Source of the DNA: a virus
Lineage: Duplodnaviria > Caudoviricetes
Strand: one strand, 5' to 3'
Virus record (IMG/VR): IMGVR_UViG_3300023174_000191
Span: 1-58,423 of that record
DNA: 58,423 bases
Part shown: positions 55,638-58,423 of the stretch, piece by piece
Numbering within the stretch: the stretch's first letter is position 1
Layout: every line of letters begins with the position of its first letter
Position numbers and translations under genes: made by a program
The notes under the pieces: generated by a model
Databases searched by the model: none
The model's input: the letters and a program-made list of their open reading frames with translations, nothing else
Told to the model about the DNA's origin: nothing

Positions 55638-55741
55638 TTTTTACCAACCTTGGTCTTTCAGGGTTACTGGTTTGTGACTGCTGCTACTATTAACCCTTGT
55701 TCGTCAGCTTATTGCGTCACCTAACAGCGAGCATTGGTAAA

Positions 55742-55912
55742 TTATTTTACTGCTGCAGTATCCACTGCTACCGAATCAACTTGAGTAGAATCAACCTGAG
55801 TAGAATCTGTTACAGTTACTGAATCAGTGATTTGATCGTTAACGGTATCTGCTTTTTTACAAGATACAATTGTTAAAGCTACTACTGCTAATGCTAAAAA
55901 TACTTTTTTCAT
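55742..55912 (-). CDS. Small lipoprotein not in the ORF track (56 aa) with D-S/T repeats
   Basis: MKKVFLALAVVALTIVS-CKKADTV...; signal peptide II-type lipobox Cys. Confidence 0.8.
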   Translation of the reverse strand: MKKVFLALAVVALTIVSCKKADTVNDQITDSVTVTDSTQVDSTQVDSVAVDTAAVK

Positions 55913-55930
55913 TTTTTTGTTTTTAATTGA

Positions 55931-56335
55931 TTAATAATTAGGATCTGCATCCTCTTCTGTAAATAATAAAGAATCTTCATCGTCTAATTCGTATTCTTCA
56001 TCTTCTTCTATTTCTTCGGGAGTTTCGATAATAGACTCTACTAACTTCTTTGAATTAATTGAAGGAGTGTCATCTTCAATTTCTGGAATAGCACTCTCAT
56101 CTATTTTATATTTTTGATAAAATAGCTTTGTCAAATAAGTATCGATAGAATTATTAACGGGGCCGTCGACTGTTAATTCATAATATATTTTACCATCCTC
56201 GGCAGCGACATCATAAATAAATTGCTTACCTACAGGCTTAACAAACACAACGTTGCCTACAATTTTTCTATCGCCAAATCGAAATACAACTAATTGGTTA
56301 TTTGAAAATTTTCTTTTCTTGATTCTCTTGGCCAT
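55931..56335 (-). CDS. Hypothetical protein with acidic tail
   Basis: Coding-strand ORF. Confidence 0.7.
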   Translation of the reverse strand: MAKRIKKRKFSNNQLVVFRFGDRKIVGNVVFVKPVGKQFIYDVAAEDGKIYYELTVDGPVNNSIDTYLTKLFYQKYKIDESAIPEIEDDTPSINSKKLVESIIETPEEIEEDEEYELDDEDSLLFTEEDADPNY

Positions 56336-56347
56336 AGCATCTATTTA

Positions 56348-56548
56348 TTAAGCGGTTAATACGTCGATTACTCTAGACTGTGAAATTGACTTTACTTCAA
56401 ATTCATGTTTGTAGTCTTTGAACTCTGCATGCACAATTGCTTCTGCGTCTGTTACAGACTCTGCATTTACTAAATAAGTCTCTGATTTCTTTTTTACTTG
56501 TCCATTGTCGTTTTCAAACTCCAACTGAACTCTTGCCATGTAATACAT
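56348..56548 (-). CDS. DUF4494-like protein
   Basis: G.VKK..E.YLV.A.SVTDAEA...FEVKSI..S.VIDV pattern of Bacteroidota DUF4494. Confidence 0.75.
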   Translation of the reverse strand: MYYMARVQLEFENDNGQVKKKSETYLVNAESVTDAEAIVHAEFKDYKHEFEVKSISQSRVIDVLTA

Positions 56549-56560
56549 AATGATTAGGTT

Positions 56561-56773
56561 TTAATTTTTAAATAATTGAACGATTCCTGCTAATATTAAG
56601 GCTATAACAGCTATGCCTAAAACGAGTGCAATTGGAATCCAAAGTGGGGAAGTTACCCACCACCATGACCAAGTTGCAACTAGACCTACTCCGGTCAATT
56701 TCATTGTTAAGAATATAAGAAACAATACAGTTCCTAATCCAATTCCGTTACCGGAAACTTTTTTATTATCCAT
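56561..56773 (-). CDS. Small membrane protein
   Basis: GIG...LFLIFL..KLTG....WSWWWV.SPLWIP, a common phage TM family pattern. Confidence 0.75.
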   Translation of the reverse strand: MDNKKVSGNGIGLGTVLFLIFLTMKLTGVGLVATWSWWWVTSPLWIPIALVLGIAVIALILAGIVQLFKN

Positions 56774-56811
56774 AATTTCTATTTTTATTATAATATAAAG
56801 ATAAGCATTTT

Positions 56812-57381
56812 TTATCTAACTGCCAAATCTTTTAGGTAGTTTTTTCTGAAAGTTTTAAATAAAGTATTTAAGAAGTCTGCGGCGTCAGGATCTATGCCAG
56901 GCCAAACTTCTTTAGGTTTAGTGTCATCCCATTTCCATTTGTAAATAGAAGACTCAATAGACTTTAATAAAGTTTCTATTATATCACATATTTCGCGACC
57001 TTCTTTAATTATAGGAGCGCTATACTTAGCCATATTAAATAAAGTAGCGATCATTGTGATTTTACATATAGCAACTTCTTTTCTAGATAATGCAGCTGGC
57101 CACGAATTAACTGAAGAGGACCGCTGTCTTTGTATTAACCTAAATTCTTTATACAATTCTAAATCAAATATTCTTCTGCGATATTCTTCATGTTTTACTC
57201 TCCTATTATTTCCGTCAGAGTCGTTATCGTCTTTAGACTTATAAGTTATATACATAGATACCAAAGCATTATTAACATCAGCTACTGGAAATTCCCATGG
57301 AAAATCTTCAATACATTTCAATAGAGCCGTTCTCGTAGATTTATCTAGTTCTTTATAAGCTAGCAGCGAAATATCATTCAT
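56812..57381 (-). CDS. Hypothetical protein
   Basis: Coding-strand ORF. Confidence 0.7.
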   Translation of the reverse strand: MNDISLLAYKELDKSTRTALLKCIEDFPWEFPVADVNNALVSMYITYKSKDDNDSDGNNRRVKHEEYRRRIFDLELYKEFRLIQRQRSSSVNSWPAALSRKEVAICKITMIATLFNMAKYSAPIIKEGREICDIIETLLKSIESSIYKWKWDDTKPKEVWPGIDPDAADFLNTLFKTFRKNYLKDLAVR

Positions 57382-57384
57382 AAT

Positions 57385-57693
57385 CTAGGGTTTTAAGGCT
57401 GAACAAATATATAATAGATTAACTAATTCTAAGGGAGTAATAAAACTTAAATCTCCAAATGTACTAGATATATCTTGTTTAGAAGGAGAAAAGATCTCTA
57501 CTTGAACATCAGGTCCTGAATTACCGCCTAACTTGTAAGTTAATAACATATCTGCAGGATCGTCAGACGCAGGTTTTTGAGTACATGCCGCGCCTATTCC
57601 ATTCTTCACAATAAGTGTGTATTTGTTAGGAAAGGTAATTTGAAACCCATTTCCATAACATTTAATCATAGGCTCATGATTGACTAAATTCAT
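57385..57693 (-). CDS. Hypothetical protein
   Basis: GFQITF.N.YT pattern; promoter motif at 57709-57742 upstream. Confidence 0.7.
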   Translation of the reverse strand: MNLVNHEPMIKCYGNGFQITFPNKYTLIVKNGIGAACTQKPASDDPADMLLTYKLGGNSGPDVQVEIFSPSKQDISSTFGDLSFITPLELVNLLYICSALKP

Positions 57694-57736
57694 ATTTTTT
57701 AATTTTTATAAAGATAAGAAATTATTTACTACAATC

Positions 57737-58123
57737 CTAATTATTTTCAATTTTTATTTTGTTTTTCTTTACATTTACTACCTTAGGAGAAACTCCTGTA
57801 CCTGCTCTTCTTTGATAAGCAGTTACTTGATAATAACCAGGGCAGTGTTTCATTTGCGAGACAATTAAATTGTAATCATCAGCCTTTAATACTGTATCAG
57901 CATCAAGGTCTCTAAACGTTATATAAGATTGAATTAATGGATGTGCAGTATCCAAAGACATTACCCACTTCTTTATTATTGAAGTAGTAAGAATGGAACC
58001 TGGAATTGCCGTAACCTTTAAAAACTTATAAAATTCGTCTATGAAAATTTTAAGAGTCTTTTCTTTCTTCATGTTTATTATGTTTAGGCTTGCGCTGATA
58101 CTTCTTCTTGTTTTTGTGAACAA
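57737..58123 (-). CDS. Hypothetical protein (true start may be MKKEK, further downstream)
   Basis: Coding-strand ORF. Confidence 0.6.
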   Translation of the reverse strand: MFTKTRRSISASLNIINMKKEKTLKIFIDEFYKFLKVTAIPGSILTTSIIKKWVMSLDTAHPLIQSYITFRDLDADTVLKADDYNLIVSQMKHCPGYYQVTAYQRRAGTGVSPKVVNVKKNKIKIENN

Positions 58124-58177
58124 GGTGTCTAGACGCGGCCCATATCTCTTGAATCGTAAATTGAGTTTCTTCTAGTT

Positions 58178-58423
58178 TCATACCTTAGGTTTTCCTAATA
58201 ACATTTTTGTATGAGGCTCTCCAGCAATATCTCTAGTATAAGTTCCATCTCCGTGCCATTCGATATCCTTTCCCTTCAAAACTTTTCTAACTGCAGCTTC
58301 GTCATCTACTAGCTGAACTCCTTTAGCTAAAAAGATATCTTTAATTTTACCAGATACTTCTACATAATAGCCTCTGTGTTTAAGCAACTCTGCTTTTCTA
58401 TTAACAACTGCTGACTTTGCTGC
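58178..58423 (-). CDS. Hypothetical protein, 5'-truncated by the window edge
   Basis: Frame stays open to position 58423. Confidence 0.65.
   Translation of the reverse strand, partial: AAKSAVVNRKAELLKHRGYYVEVSGKIKDIFLAKGVQLVDDEAAVRKVLKGKDIEWHGDGTYTRDIAGEPHTKMLLGKPKV

Noticed and set aside
55641-55740. Hammerhead ribozyme (CTGACGA...GAAA)
   Set aside because: Three extra nucleotides separate the core from stem II, and no valid stem III/NUH site or stem I can be drawn.
1928-57868. All plus-strand ORFs in the supplied track
   Set aside because: They are short, lie antisense to convincing minus-strand genes or tRNAs and have no recognisable motifs; treated as shadow ORFs.

Overview
This 58.4-kb, AT-rich window comes from a large contractile-tailed (T4-like baseplate) phage. 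The host is most likely Bacteroidota, judging from a DUF4494-like gene, a lipoprotein with D-S/T motifs, TAnnTTT-like promoters and AT-rich translation starts without Shine-Dalgarno sites. Essentially all real genes are on the minus strand in the standard code. Bases 1-30 kb hold tail fibre and baseplate genes, interrupted by a fused Mre11-Rad50 (gp47-gp46) gene, a primase and a T7-type endonuclease I. Bases 30-41 kb hold a gp55-like late sigma factor, an HD hydrolase, ClpP, UvsE, a methyltransferase and an RNA ligase. Bases 41-47.7 kb hold 30 tRNA genes covering all 20 amino acids, several of them atypical, interleaved with an HNH gene, a glycosyltransferase-like gene and several non-tRNA structured RNAs. 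Bases 47.8-58.4 kb hold DNA ligase, RNA end-healing enzymes, mgsA, small early genes and two orphan tRNA-like elements. The four most promising unexplained signals are: (1) an uncalled 48-codon leader ORF that contains all 20 amino acids and overlaps an antiterminator/terminator switch upstream of the tRNA operon; (2) a structured RNA of about 330 nt with ten phased hexamer repeats directly after a 303-aa coiled-coil gene; (3) a pervasive [S/T]-G-S motif across unrelated virion proteins; (4) a Y-RNA-like element inside the tRNA array. All calls come from reading motifs by eye; no searches or folding programs were run.
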